Assembly: GCA_036376215.1 (NCBI GenBank)
Contig: DASVAT010000016.1
Location: 135,766-199,765, forward strand
Reading direction: 5' to 3'
Length of the DNA stretch: 64,000 nucleotides
DNA from: Solirubrobacterales bacterium
GTDB lineage: Bacteria > Actinomycetota > Thermoleophilia > Solirubrobacterales > 70-9
Under the pieces are notes generated by a model. The model was not told where the DNA came from, searched no databases, and worked only from the letters and a program-made list of their open reading frames with translations. Position numbers and translations under genes: made by a program. This document shows positions 1-8,637 of this stretch, in pieces (position 1 is the first letter of the stretch; each line of letters opens with the position of its first letter).

Positions 1-1
1 C

Positions 2-1228
2 TACTTCGTCAACCCCTACGCGGTAGCGCGGACCTTCGCGCTCTCCCTCGCCGAGATCGCCCGCGAGCGGCGCGCGGCGCGCAGTCAGGTCCGCGACGAC
101 GTCCGGCCGCGGATGCACCGCAGCCGTGGCTACGTCTTCGCCCGCGCCTGGGGGACGGTGGTCCAGCGCGACCTCCAGGTCGCGACCGTGATCGGCGACG
201 TCCTCGCCGGCCGCCCGGTCATCTACACGACCTTCCTCGCCTACGACGAGGTCGCCCACCACTCCGGCATCGAGCGCCACGACGCGCTCGCCGTCCTCCG
301 CGACCTCGACCGCCAGATCGCCCGCATCGCCCGCGCCTGCGAGGACGCCCCGCGGCCCTACCGGCTCGTCGTCCTCTCCGACCACGGCCAGTCGCAGGGG
401 GAAACGTTCCGCGACCGCTACGGCCAGACGCTCGAGGAGCTGGTGCAGGGCGCCTGCGAGGCCGACAGCGTCGTCGCCTCCGAAGCCGGCGACGACGACT
501 CGCTCTCCTACCTCAGCGCCGGCCTGACCGAGGTGGCCCGCGACGACACGGTGGCCGCCCGCACGGTCCGCGCCGCGACCCGCGACCGCCTCGCCGACGG
601 CGCCGTCGCCCTCGACGCCGACGCCCGCCGCGAGGTGGAGGAGACCCACGACGGCGACGGGCTGCCGGAGCTCTCGGTGATGGCCTCCGGCTGCCTCGGG
701 CTGATCACCTTCCCGCGTGAGCCCGGCCGCGTCTCGCTGGAGCGGATCGAAGCCCTCTATCCGCGGCTGATCCCGGCCCTGCGCGACCATCCCGGCATCG
801 GCTTCGTCCTCGTCCGCTCCGAGCGCGACGGGGCGCTGGCGATCGGCGCCGGCGGCACCCGCTACCTCGCCGACGACCGGGTCGAGGGCGAGGACCCGCT
901 GGCGCCCTTCGGCGAGAACGCCGCCGACCACCTGCGCCGCACCGACGGCTTTCCCCACTGCGCCGACCTGATGATCAACAGCACCTACTGGGAGGGCTTC
1001 GGCGAGGTCGCCGCCTTCGAGGAGCTGGTCGGCTCGCACGGCGGGATGGGGGGGACCCAGAGCTTCCCGTTCGTGTTGCACCCGAGCGAGCTCGAGTGGC
1101 CGGCCGAGGAGGTCGTCGGGGCCGAACGCGTCCACCGCGTCTTCCGCGGCTGGCTCGCCGGGCTCGGGCAGTCGGCCTACGCGAGCGAGGCCGACTCGCC
1201 CGGCGAGAGCACCCGCGTCGCGACCTGA
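2..1228 (+). CDS. Alkaline-phosphatase-superfamily protein (type I phosphodiesterase/nucleotide pyrophosphatase-like), 5' end outside the window
   Basis: The frame is open from position 2 with no stop before the listed ORF at 113..1228. It has the LVVLSDHGQS metal-site-like motif and a YDEVAHHSG segment typical of AP-superfamily enzymes. Confidence 0.7.
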   Translation, partial: YFVNPYAVARTFALSLAEIARERRAARSQVRDDVRPRMHRSRGYVFARAWGTVVQRDLQVATVIGDVLAGRPVIYTTFLAYDEVAHHSGIERHDALAVLRDLDRQIARIARACEDAPRPYRLVVLSDHGQSQGETFRDRYGQTLEELVQGACEADSVVASEAGDDDSLSYLSAGLTEVARDDTVAARTVRAATRDRLADGAVALDADARREVEETHDGDGLPELSVMASGCLGLITFPREPGRVSLERIEALYPRLIPALRDHPGIGFVLVRSERDGALAIGAGGTRYLADDRVEGEDPLAPFGENAADHLRRTDGFPHCADLMINSTYWEGFGEVAAFEELVGSHGGMGGTQSFPFVLHPSELEWPAEEVVGAERVHRVFRGWLAGLGQSAYASEADSPGESTRVAT

Positions 1229-1935
1229 GGGGCCAGCTCGCGCGCGCGGGCGGTGAACTCCTTCGCCGGCAGGACGAGGCGGCCCGGACGCAGGCGGCGG
1301 AGGCCGAGGGGGTAGAGCGTGCCCCAGTGGATCGGGACCGCGAGCCGGGGGGAGAGGAGCGCCGCCGCCCGCGCCGCCCCCTCGGGGTCGAGGTGACCGG
1401 GGCCGAGCGTCGGCCCCCAGCCCCAGACGGGGAGCAGCGCCAGGTCGAGGCCGGGCGCCAGGCCCTCCATTCCCTCGAAGAGGTCGGTGTCGCCGGCGAA
1501 GTACACGCTGCGGCTGCCGCCGATCAGGAAGCCGACCGGCTCGACCTCCGCGGCGCCGCGCCGCCGACCGCCGTCGTGGCGGGCCTCGACCGCGGTCACG
1601 GTCAGCCCGCCGACCGTGTTCGACTCGCCGGGACCCAGTTCGGTTGCGTCGGCGAAGCCGTGGCGGGAGAAGAAGCCGCCCGACCCCGGCGGCACGAGCA
1701 GCCGCACCTCGCGCCCGAGGCGCCGCAGCGACCCGAGGTCGGTGTGGTCGTGGTGGAGGTGGGAGATCAGGACCGCGTCGAGGCCGGCGGTGGCGTGCGG
1801 CGGGGGCAGGGGGCCGTGTCGGATCAGAGGGCCGACCCGGGGGCGGAGCACCGGGTCGGTGAGCAGGCGGGTGCCGTCGAGATCGACGAGGACGGTCGCA
1901 TGTCCGACGTAGGTGAAAGTGTCAGGCCTGCTCAT
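1177..1935 (-). CDS. MBL-fold metallo-hydrolase
   Basis: HxHxDH motif (SHLHHDHTD). The conserved N-terminus MSRPDTFTYVGHATVL starts at an internal ATG at 1935 within ORF 1177..2256; the upstream extension is Arg/Pro-rich shadow sequence. Confidence 0.85.
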   Translation of the reverse strand: MSRPDTFTYVGHATVLVDLDGTRLLTDPVLRPRVGPLIRHGPLPPPHATAGLDAVLISHLHHDHTDLGSLRRLGREVRLLVPPGSGGFFSRHGFADATELGPGESNTVGGLTVTAVEARHDGGRRRGAAEVEPVGFLIGGSRSVYFAGDTDLFEGMEGLAPGLDLALLPVWGWGPTLGPGHLDPEGAARAAALLSPRLAVPIHWGTLYPLGLRRLRPGRLVLPAKEFTARARELAPQVATRVLSPGESASLA

Positions 1936-3076
1936 GGCCCGTCGAGTATGGCTCCGTCGAGGGAAGGACACGACCGAAGACGAAGTCGTAGAGATCGCGC
2001 CGGGCGAGCTGAGCGGTCTCTTCGCCGCCCCGCAGTGGCTGCGCGACCTCGGCGTCTCGGCATGGCTGCTGTTCGGCGTTGGCGCCGCCCTGGTGGCGGC
2101 GATCTGGTTGTTGTCGCTGACCGAGACGATCGTGATGCCGGTGATCACCGCGGGGATCATCGCCGCCGTCGCCGGGCCGCTGGTCGACCGGCTGCGCGGC
2201 GTCGGCATCCCACGGGGAATCGGCGCCGGCCTCGTCCTGGTGGCGATCGTCGCCATTGCCCTGGGGGTGGGCTACATCGTCCTCACCGGCATCGCCAGCC
2301 AGGCCGACAGCCTCTCGACCCGCCTGCAGGAAGGCGCCGCAGAGATCGAGTCGTGGGCCCACAGCCTCGGCGTCGAGGCGCCCACCGCGGCCGATGCCAA
2401 CGCGGAAGCGAGCGCCTCGATCAGCGCCGGGTTCCAGGCGCTCACGCAAGGGGTGCTGGGCGGCGTCGACAAGCTCGCCGGTCTCGCTGTCTTCCTCTCC
2501 TTCACCGCGCTCAGCCTCTTCTTCCTGCTCAAGGACGGCCCGCAGATCGGCGCCTTCGTCGAGCGCCACCTCGGGGTCCCGGTCCCGGTCGCGCACTCGA
2601 TCCTCGGCCGCGTCGCGGGCAGCATGCGCGGCTACTTCCTCGGGGTGACGATCGTCGCCGCCTGGAGCGCGCTGATCGTCGGTGTCGGGTCGCTGGTCCT
2701 GGGCGTCCCGCTCGCCGGGACCATCGCCGTCGTCACCTTCCTCGGCGGCTACGTCCCCTACATCGGCGCCTGGACCGCCGGCGGGTTCGCGGTCCTGATC
2801 GCACTCGGCGGCTCGGGCCCGGAGGCGGCGGGAGCGATGGCGGTCATCGTCCTGCTCGCCAACGGCGTCTTCCAACAGCTGGTCCAGCCGATCGCCTACG
2901 GGGCGGCGCTGAAGCTGCACCCGCTGGCGGTGCTGATCGCGACGATCGCCGGCGGCTGCCTGTTCGGCACCGTCGGCCTGGTCCTGGCGGCGCCGCTGCT
3001 CTCGGCCGCGGTGAAGATCACGGCGGACCTCAGCGCGGCGGTGGAGACGGAGGAGGAGGCCGAGGCCCCCTCCTAG
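1934..3076 (+). CDS. AI-2E family transporter (PerM/UPF0118-like permease)
   Basis: About 8 hydrophobic segments. The C-terminal pattern GGYVPYIGAW...LANGVFQQLVQPIAYG is typical of AI-2E transporters. The start is ambiguous (1913 or 1934). Confidence 0.8.
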   Translation: MARRVWLRRGKDTTEDEVVEIAPGELSGLFAAPQWLRDLGVSAWLLFGVGAALVAAIWLLSLTETIVMPVITAGIIAAVAGPLVDRLRGVGIPRGIGAGLVLVAIVAIALGVGYIVLTGIASQADSLSTRLQEGAAEIESWAHSLGVEAPTAADANAEASASISAGFQALTQGVLGGVDKLAGLAVFLSFTALSLFFLLKDGPQIGAFVERHLGVPVPVAHSILGRVAGSMRGYFLGVTIVAAWSALIVGVGSLVLGVPLAGTIAVVTFLGGYVPYIGAWTAGGFAVLIALGGSGPEAAGAMAVIVLLANGVFQQLVQPIAYGAALKLHPLAVLIATIAGGCLFGTVGLVLAAPLLSAAVKITADLSAAVETEEEAEAPS

Positions 3077-3083
3077 TCGGTGG

Positions 3084-3491
3084 CTATTCCTCCCAGCGGG
3101 CGGTCAGCTGGTAGATGATCGTGACGTCGAGGATGATCATCAGGAACGCCCACAGCGGCGCCGCGGGGAACCAGACGACCTGCGAGATGGCGTTGATCAT
3201 CACGAAGAAGATCGCCGCCCACCGGGCCCACTCGGCGCCGGCGAAGAGGCCGAGGCCGGTGCAGGCGATGATCGAGCCGAGGATCAGGTGAATCCATCCC
3301 CAGGTCGTGACGTCGGCGATGATCACTCCCTGGCCGCCGACGAAGACGATTTCGTCGTTGAGGATCCCGGCCAGGCCCCAAAGGGCGTCCAGCGATCCGA
3401 CGATGAACAAGAGGACGCCTGCGAAGACGGTCCAACCCGTCGGCTGGCGTTCCTCGACCCTGTGCCGTTCAGTGGCTCTGCTGCTCTCCAT
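3084..3491 (-). CDS. Small integral membrane protein (DUF7144-like)
   Basis: 135 aa with 4 TM segments. The FAGVLLFIVGSLDALWGLAGI and WGWIHLILG pattern is characteristic of this actinobacterial family. Confidence 0.7.
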   Translation of the reverse strand: MESSRATERHRVEERQPTGWTVFAGVLLFIVGSLDALWGLAGILNDEIVFVGGQGVIIADVTTWGWIHLILGSIIACTGLGLFAGAEWARWAAIFFVMINAISQVVWFPAAPLWAFLMIILDVTIIYQLTARWEE

Positions 3492-3651
3492 GTTGCTCTC
3501 CCTCCGGTTTGGTCTCTATCTGGTGGCAGACAGCGCCCCTACCGACAACAACACGCTGGATGCACGCAGACCATAGAACTCGCTTGATTCCCAAGCAACA
3601 ACTTCTCTGTCAAGAGTCGGCGTCCTGCGTGCGTCACCCTGGACAAACAGG

Positions 3652-4905
3652 ATGAAGCGCTCTCCGATCTACCTGGCTGTCCTGGCCGTCGTCGTCGCAG
3701 CGATGCCCCTGGTCGCCTGCGGCGGCGCGAACGACGGCGAAAGCGTCCCGCTCTCCCGCCCGGTCGAGAAGAGCCGCGTCCCGCTGCCCGCCGACTTTCC
3801 CTCCTGGCGATTTGAATCGCTGCGGCCCGCGCCACCCGGGCTCTTCGTGGTCACCTTCTCTAACCCCGCCGACAAGCGCCCCTGGGTGATCGTCTTCGAC
3901 GACGAGGGAGTGCCGCGCTGGTGGTACAACCCGGACACGCGGGCGCTCTGGGGTCAGGTCCTCGGCGACGGCAACCTCGTCTGGGCGCGGTCGTTCGGCG
4001 ACGGCTACGGCCTCGACCCGCGGATGGCGCACGAGGTCCGCACCGAGTCCGGCAAGCTCGTCCGCCTGGTCAGCACCGAGGGCTCGATCGTCGACGGCCA
4101 CGAGTACCGCGAGCTCCCCAACGGCAACGTCCTGCTCGACACCTACGTCCCGGAAACCGCCGACCTGCGCCGTTTCGGCGGCCCGAAGCTCGCGGCGATC
4201 GCCTCCGCCGAAGTCCAGGAAGTCGACCCCTCCGGCAAGGTCGTCTGGCACTGGAACTCCCGCGGGCACATCGGGTTGCGCGAGACCGGCCGCTGGTGGC
4301 GGAACGTGCTCAGCAACCCTCGCCGCCGCCTGCAACGCGAGATCTTCGACCCCGTCCACATCAACTCGATCGAGCCGCGCGGCGACGGCGAAGTCGTGAT
4401 CTCCACCCGCCACACCGACGCCGTCTACGGGATCGACCGCGCCAGCGGGGAGATCGCCTGGAAGCTGGGGGGCATCCGCACCGGCAAATCGCTGCGGGTG
4501 ACGGGGGACCCGGCGACGAAGCTGCTCGGGGGTCAGCACGACGCCCGCATCGACCGCCGCGGGCGCCTCACCGTCTTCGACAACGGCAAGGACCGGCCCC
4601 GCCGGCCCCGGGTCGTCTTCTACCGCCTCGACCTGGAGCAGCGGCGGGCCCTCTACCGCGGGCAGCTCAACGACCCCGAGGTGAGCCGCAGCCACTGCTG
4701 CGGCTCGGCCCGCGAACTGAGCGGCGGCGGCTGGCTGGTCAGCTGGGGCGACAACCCGCTGGTCACCGGATTCGACCGCGAGGGGAGGATCGCCTTCCGC
4801 CTCCACCTCCCGGCCTCGACCTTTCGCGCCGTCCCGGCCCCCGCGGGGGCGACCAGCGTGGCTCAGCTGCAGAGGGGGATGGCCGCTATGCGGGCCGGGC
4901 GATGA
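3652..4905 (+). CDS. Arylsulfotransferase (ASST)-family lipoprotein
   Basis: Signal peptide plus lipobox (PLVACGG). Beta-propeller-like HINSIEP...ISTRHTDAVYGIDRASGEIAWKLGG motif of the Arylsulfotran_2 family. Confidence 0.7.
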   Translation: MKRSPIYLAVLAVVVAAMPLVACGGANDGESVPLSRPVEKSRVPLPADFPSWRFESLRPAPPGLFVVTFSNPADKRPWVIVFDDEGVPRWWYNPDTRALWGQVLGDGNLVWARSFGDGYGLDPRMAHEVRTESGKLVRLVSTEGSIVDGHEYRELPNGNVLLDTYVPETADLRRFGGPKLAAIASAEVQEVDPSGKVVWHWNSRGHIGLRETGRWWRNVLSNPRRRLQREIFDPVHINSIEPRGDGEVVISTRHTDAVYGIDRASGEIAWKLGGIRTGKSLRVTGDPATKLLGGQHDARIDRRGRLTVFDNGKDRPRRPRVVFYRLDLEQRRALYRGQLNDPEVSRSHCCGSARELSGGGWLVSWGDNPLVTGFDREGRIAFRLHLPASTFRAVPAPAGATSVAQLQRGMAAMRAGR

Positions 4906-5782
4906 GCGGCTGGGGGCGCTGCTCCTCGCCTGCGCGCGAGGGGGGGAGGAGCAGGGCCGAGGCGCAGACGAGAGCGAAGGCGGTTGCCTGCAGGCCGATT
5001 CCCACCGCGCCGCTCGCCATCGGATCTCCGAAGACGAGGATGCCGCTGAGGATCTGGGCGGCGCTGGCGACGAGTCCCATCAGCCCGATCGTCTCGATCG
5101 CGCCGCCGCGCTGAAGGGCGGCGACGGCCGAGTACTGGGCCAGGGCCCCACAGGCGACGATCAGGGCGATCCACGGCGCCAGGACCGCGAGCGGGAGATC
5201 GCCCTCCCCGGTCAGGGCCTTGATCGCCACCCCGCCGAAGGCGAAGAGGGTGCCGGCGATGACCGCCAGCAGGGCGCCGCGGCGAATCGTGGAGCGCTGG
5301 TAGCCGATGGTCAGGGCGAGCGCCAGCAGCCCGAGGCCCCCCTCGAAGCCGAGGATCGCGGCGGGGGCGAACTGGGAGTGGCTGCCGTGGAAGCTCGGCA
5401 GGGTCAGGGCGAGGAGGACCAGGCCGATCCCGCCCAGCAGCAGGGCCAGCCACTGGCGCGGCTCGACGGAATGGCCGAAGAGCCGCTGCGAGAGGACGGC
5501 GAGGCTGACGGCGCCGCCGGCGAGCGCCGCCTGCACCAGCGAGATCGGCGCCATCGAGAGGGCCGCGACGTGGACCAGCCAGGCCACCGCCGCGGTGCCC
5601 CACCCGGCCGCGAACCACGGCGAGGCGGCGAGCCGGCGGGCGCTCTGCAGCGGCGCCTGGAGCCTCACCGGCGGGACCTGCTGGCAGCCGCGGTGCTTGA
5701 GCAGCGAGGCGAGGTTTGCCATCACCGCGCCGAGAAGGGCCAGGGCGATGCCGACTTCGACCGATCCAACCGCCGGGGTCAC
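4886..5782 (-). CDS. Polytopic membrane protein (DMT/EamA-like)
   Basis: The hydrophobic C-terminal ~298 aa of ORF 4886..6250. The GTG at 5782 overlaps the helicase stop (GTGA). The remainder of the long ORF is Arg/Pro-rich overlap with the helicase gene. Confidence 0.6.
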   Translation of the reverse strand: MTPAVGSVEVGIALALLGAVMANLASLLKHRGCQQVPPVRLQAPLQSARRLAASPWFAAGWGTAAVAWLVHVAALSMAPISLVQAALAGGAVSLAVLSQRLFGHSVEPRQWLALLLGGIGLVLLALTLPSFHGSHSQFAPAAILGFEGGLGLLALALTIGYQRSTIRRGALLAVIAGTLFAFGGVAIKALTGEGDLPLAVLAPWIALIVACGALAQYSAVAALQRGGAIETIGLMGLVASAAQILSGILVFGDPMASGAVGIGLQATAFALVCASALLLPPSRAGEEQRPQPLIARPA

Positions 5783-6927
5783 GACCTGGACGCCCCCTTG
5801 CGGCCACGCCGCCGGCCCTTCGGGGCGGGTCGCGAGCTGAGCTGCTTCGGACGGCCGCCGTGGGTCACCTCGAACTCCCGGACCAGGCCGAGGTTGCCCG
5901 CCATGCGGCGGACGTCGTCGGCCTGGTCGGCGAGGACGAAGCTGACGCCGGTGCCGCTGCGACCGGCCCGGCCGGTGCGGCCGACGCGGTGGACGTAGGC
6001 GTCGTGATCCTCCGGGGCGTCGTAGTTGATCACGTGGGTGATGCCCTCGACGTCGATGCCGCGGGCGGCGACGTCGGTGGCGACGAGAGCATCTACCTCG
6101 CCGTTCTCGAACCGCGCCAGGGCGCGTTCGCGCTGTCCCTGGCTCTTGTCGCCGTGCATCGCGACGGCCTCGACCTTGCGGCCGCGCAGTCGCTTGACCA
6201 GCCGGTCGGCGCCGCGCTTGGTGCGGACGAAGACGATCGTCGGCCCGCACTCGTCCTCACTCAGCTGGGCGACCAGGTGGTCGAGCTTCTCGCCCTGGCT
6301 CTCGACCGGGAGGAAGCGGTGCTCGATGTCGGCCTTCGCCTGCTTCGGCGCGTGGGTGTGGGTGCGGGCGTCGCGGGTGTAGGCCTTGGCGACCTTGCCG
6401 GTCGCGCCCTCGAGCGTCGCCGAGAAGAACAGGGTCTGCCGCTTGTCGGGCGTCTGTTTGACGATCCGGTCGACGGCCGGCTTGAAGCCCATGTCGAGCA
6501 TCCGGTCGGCCTCGTCGAGGACGAGCACGCGGACGTGCTTCAGGCTGACGACGCCGCGGGCGATCAGGTCCTCGAGGCGGCCGGGGGTGGCGACGACGAC
6601 GTCGGCCCTGCCGACGGCCTTGATCTGGGGACCGAACCCGACCCCGCCGTAGACGGCGGCGATCTTCAGCCCCTGGGTCTCGGCGAGGGGGCGGAGGTCT
6701 TCGACGATCTGACCGGCGAGCTCGCGGGTGGGGGCGAGGACCAGGGCGCCGATGCGTCCCTGCTCGGGGGAGAGTCGCTCGACCGTCGGGATGCCGAAGG
6801 CGAGCGTCTTGCCAGACCCGGTCGGGGACTGGACGAGGAGGTCATGCCCGGCGAGCGCGTCGCGGATGACCAGCTGCTGGACGGGGAACGGGGTGGTGAT
6901 CTCACGGCGCGCGAGCGCACGGATCAC
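5779..6927 (-). CDS. DEAD-box ATP-dependent RNA helicase
   Basis: Motifs SPTGSGKT (I), PTRELA (Ia), DEAD (LVLDEADRML), SAT and HRVGRTGRAG (VI). The real start is probably upstream, near 6966 (see finding). Confidence 0.95.
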   Translation of the reverse strand: MIRALARREITTPFPVQQLVIRDALAGHDLLVQSPTGSGKTLAFGIPTVERLSPEQGRIGALVLAPTRELAGQIVEDLRPLAETQGLKIAAVYGGVGFGPQIKAVGRADVVVATPGRLEDLIARGVVSLKHVRVLVLDEADRMLDMGFKPAVDRIVKQTPDKRQTLFFSATLEGATGKVAKAYTRDARTHTHAPKQAKADIEHRFLPVESQGEKLDHLVAQLSEDECGPTIVFVRTKRGADRLVKRLRGRKVEAVAMHGDKSQGQRERALARFENGEVDALVATDVAARGIDVEGITHVINYDAPEDHDAYVHRVGRTGRAGRSGTGVSFVLADQADDVRRMAGNLGLVREFEVTHGGRPKQLSSRPAPKGRRRGRKGASRS

Positions 6928-7275
6928 AGGTTGGGATATGCCGAGATCGGCAAACGAAACGGTTATGGAAGTGCTCCTTATTTGAACGCTAGGGAGATCC
7001 TGCGGCCCCTAGGCGCCGGATGGCACACGGAGGAAACGGAACCTCTCGGGATGGCGAATCGGCCAAGCCCGACCCAGTCACGGTAGCAGGCGACCTGGTT
7101 TCCGGTTGCCGGTCGAGGGGTACTTCACAAAAAGCATCCTGAACAGAATTCCTCGCAGCGCCACCAGTCGGAGGAAGGCTTTTCGGGCTCATCTGCAAGG
7201 CCTGGTGTCGCGCCGTCTCTCATCTCTGATTCGCGCCGATCTCGGGACTCGAACCCCCACTCAGGAGGAATCAAG

Positions 7276-7611
7276 ATGGAGTCAGCAACCACCCGCGTCC
7301 GCGGTGCGGACGCAGTAAACGACCGCCCCGCCGGCCGCGGCACCGTCCGGCGTCTCGCTACCGAGACCAAGCAGGCGTTCAAGACCACCGAGTTCTGGGC
7401 GATGGTCGGCGTGATCGTCGCCATCCTCGTCAGCGCCGCGGTCATCAAGGGCGGCGACACCGCCGGCACCGACGAGTTCATCGCCAAGCAGGCGTGGCTC
7501 TACGTCGCCATCGTCGCGGTCGGCTACATGATCAGCCGTGGCCTGGCGAAGTCCGGATCGCGCGATCCCTACGACGCCGACAGCGGCGACCGCGACGGGC
7601 GCCAGCGCTAG
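7276..7611 (+). CDS. Small membrane protein, 2 TM
   Basis: AGGAGG lies 6 nt upstream of the ATG. Two hydrophobic helices, high GC3, and a canonical terminator downstream. Confidence 0.65.
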   Translation: MESATTRVRGADAVNDRPAGRGTVRRLATETKQAFKTTEFWAMVGVIVAILVSAAVIKGGDTAGTDEFIAKQAWLYVAIVAVGYMISRGLAKSGSRDPYDADSGDRDGRQR

Positions 7612-7633
7612 GCCCGATCGCACGCGTAGTTCA

Positions 7634-7661
7634 GGGGGCGGTGATTTCACCGCCCCCTTTT
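7634..7661 (+). terminator. Rho-independent terminator
   Basis: gggggcggtg / attt / caccgccccc: a 10-bp GC stem followed by tttt. Confidence 0.8.
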
Positions 7662-7704
7662 CATTGCCCCTGCCCCTGCCGATGCGGACTGCGGCTATCT
7701 TCGC

Positions 7705-8637
7705 TTGCTTCCTGTGAATATCGCCCTCAGAGCCGTGCTCGTCGCCCTAGCCCTGCTTGCGCTCGGCGCCGGCCTCAGCGACGAGTCCTCCGGGGCAGAG
7801 TGGGAAGGGCTGCCGGTCGTCCCGGCGCTCGAGCCCGGCGTCGCCGGCCACCTGGAGGAGATCGCCGGCCGGGGGGAGCGGCTGGGCAACAGGCCGGGGG
7901 TCTTCGCCAAGATCGGCGACAGCATCACCGCGTCGCCGTCGTTCCTGCAGGCGCTTGCGTGCCGGGCGCCCCGCCTGGGGGCCTGGAGCGAGCTGCGGGG
8001 GACGCTGGAGTTCTTCGGCGAGACCCCGGTGCCGGCGGGCTCCGAGTTGGCCCTCTGCGCGGTCAGCAACAGCTACTCGCGCCTCGGCGTCGCCGCCGTG
8101 GGCGGCTGGAGGGCGGTCGACGCCCTCGCCCCGCGCGAAGCGCTTCCCGAATGCCAGGCGCTGCCCGCCGTCAGCTGCGAGCTGCAACTGCTCCGCCCGT
8201 CGGTCGCCCTGATCATGCTCGGGACCAACGACCTGGAGTCCTTCACCGCGGCCGAATACCGCCGCGATCTCGCTCGCCTGGTCCGGCTCGTCTCCGGCGC
8301 GGGGACGATTCCGGTGCTCAGCACGATCCCGCCCCGTGTGCAGTTCCCCTTCTCGCAGCGGGTCGCCCGGTTCAACGCGGAGATCGCCGCCCTCGCCGAG
8401 AACCGGGCGCTGCCGCTGTGGAACTTCTGGCGGCAGCTGGCCGGGCCGGGCGTTCCCCGCCAGGGGCTGGGCAGGGACGGTGTCCACCCCAGCGCGCTCT
8501 GCCCTCCCTGCACCGCAATCGACTTCCGTCCCGCCGGCCTCCGCTACGGCTACGCCCTGCGGAACCTCGGAGCGCTGCGGGTCCTCGATCGCCTCCGCCG
8601 CCGGATCCCGCTGGGCGAGGGCGGTGGAGCCGGCTAG
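7705..8637 (+). CDS. Secreted SGNH/GDSL-family hydrolase
   Basis: Signal peptide. Block I GDSIT, block III MLGTND, block V DGVHP. Confidence 0.8.
   Translation: MLPVNIALRAVLVALALLALGAGLSDESSGAEWEGLPVVPALEPGVAGHLEEIAGRGERLGNRPGVFAKIGDSITASPSFLQALACRAPRLGAWSELRGTLEFFGETPVPAGSELALCAVSNSYSRLGVAAVGGWRAVDALAPREALPECQALPAVSCELQLLRPSVALIMLGTNDLESFTAAEYRRDLARLVRLVSGAGTIPVLSTIPPRVQFPFSQRVARFNAEIAALAENRALPLWNFWRQLAGPGVPRQGLGRDGVHPSALCPPCTAIDFRPAGLRYGYALRNLGALRVLDRLRRRIPLGEGGGAG

Noticed and set aside
1096-3114. Very long ORFs antisense to, or out of frame with, recognisable genes. Examples: 1096..3114, 7494..9923, 17217..19004, 18997..21702, 22131..23738, 24793..26529, 29841..31685, 46080..48014, 56536..58632, 57495..60194.
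   Set aside because: Their translations are Arg/Pro/Gly/Ala-rich low-complexity strings with no motifs, and they overlap genes that have clear family signatures. This is the expected shadow-ORF artefact of ~70%+ GC DNA.
7231-7270. A tRNA-like T-arm on the minus strand (gggggttcgagtccc).
   Set aside because: Only 3 bp of T-stem can form. No acceptor, D or anticodon arms follow, and the 5' part would lie inside the 7276..7611 CDS.
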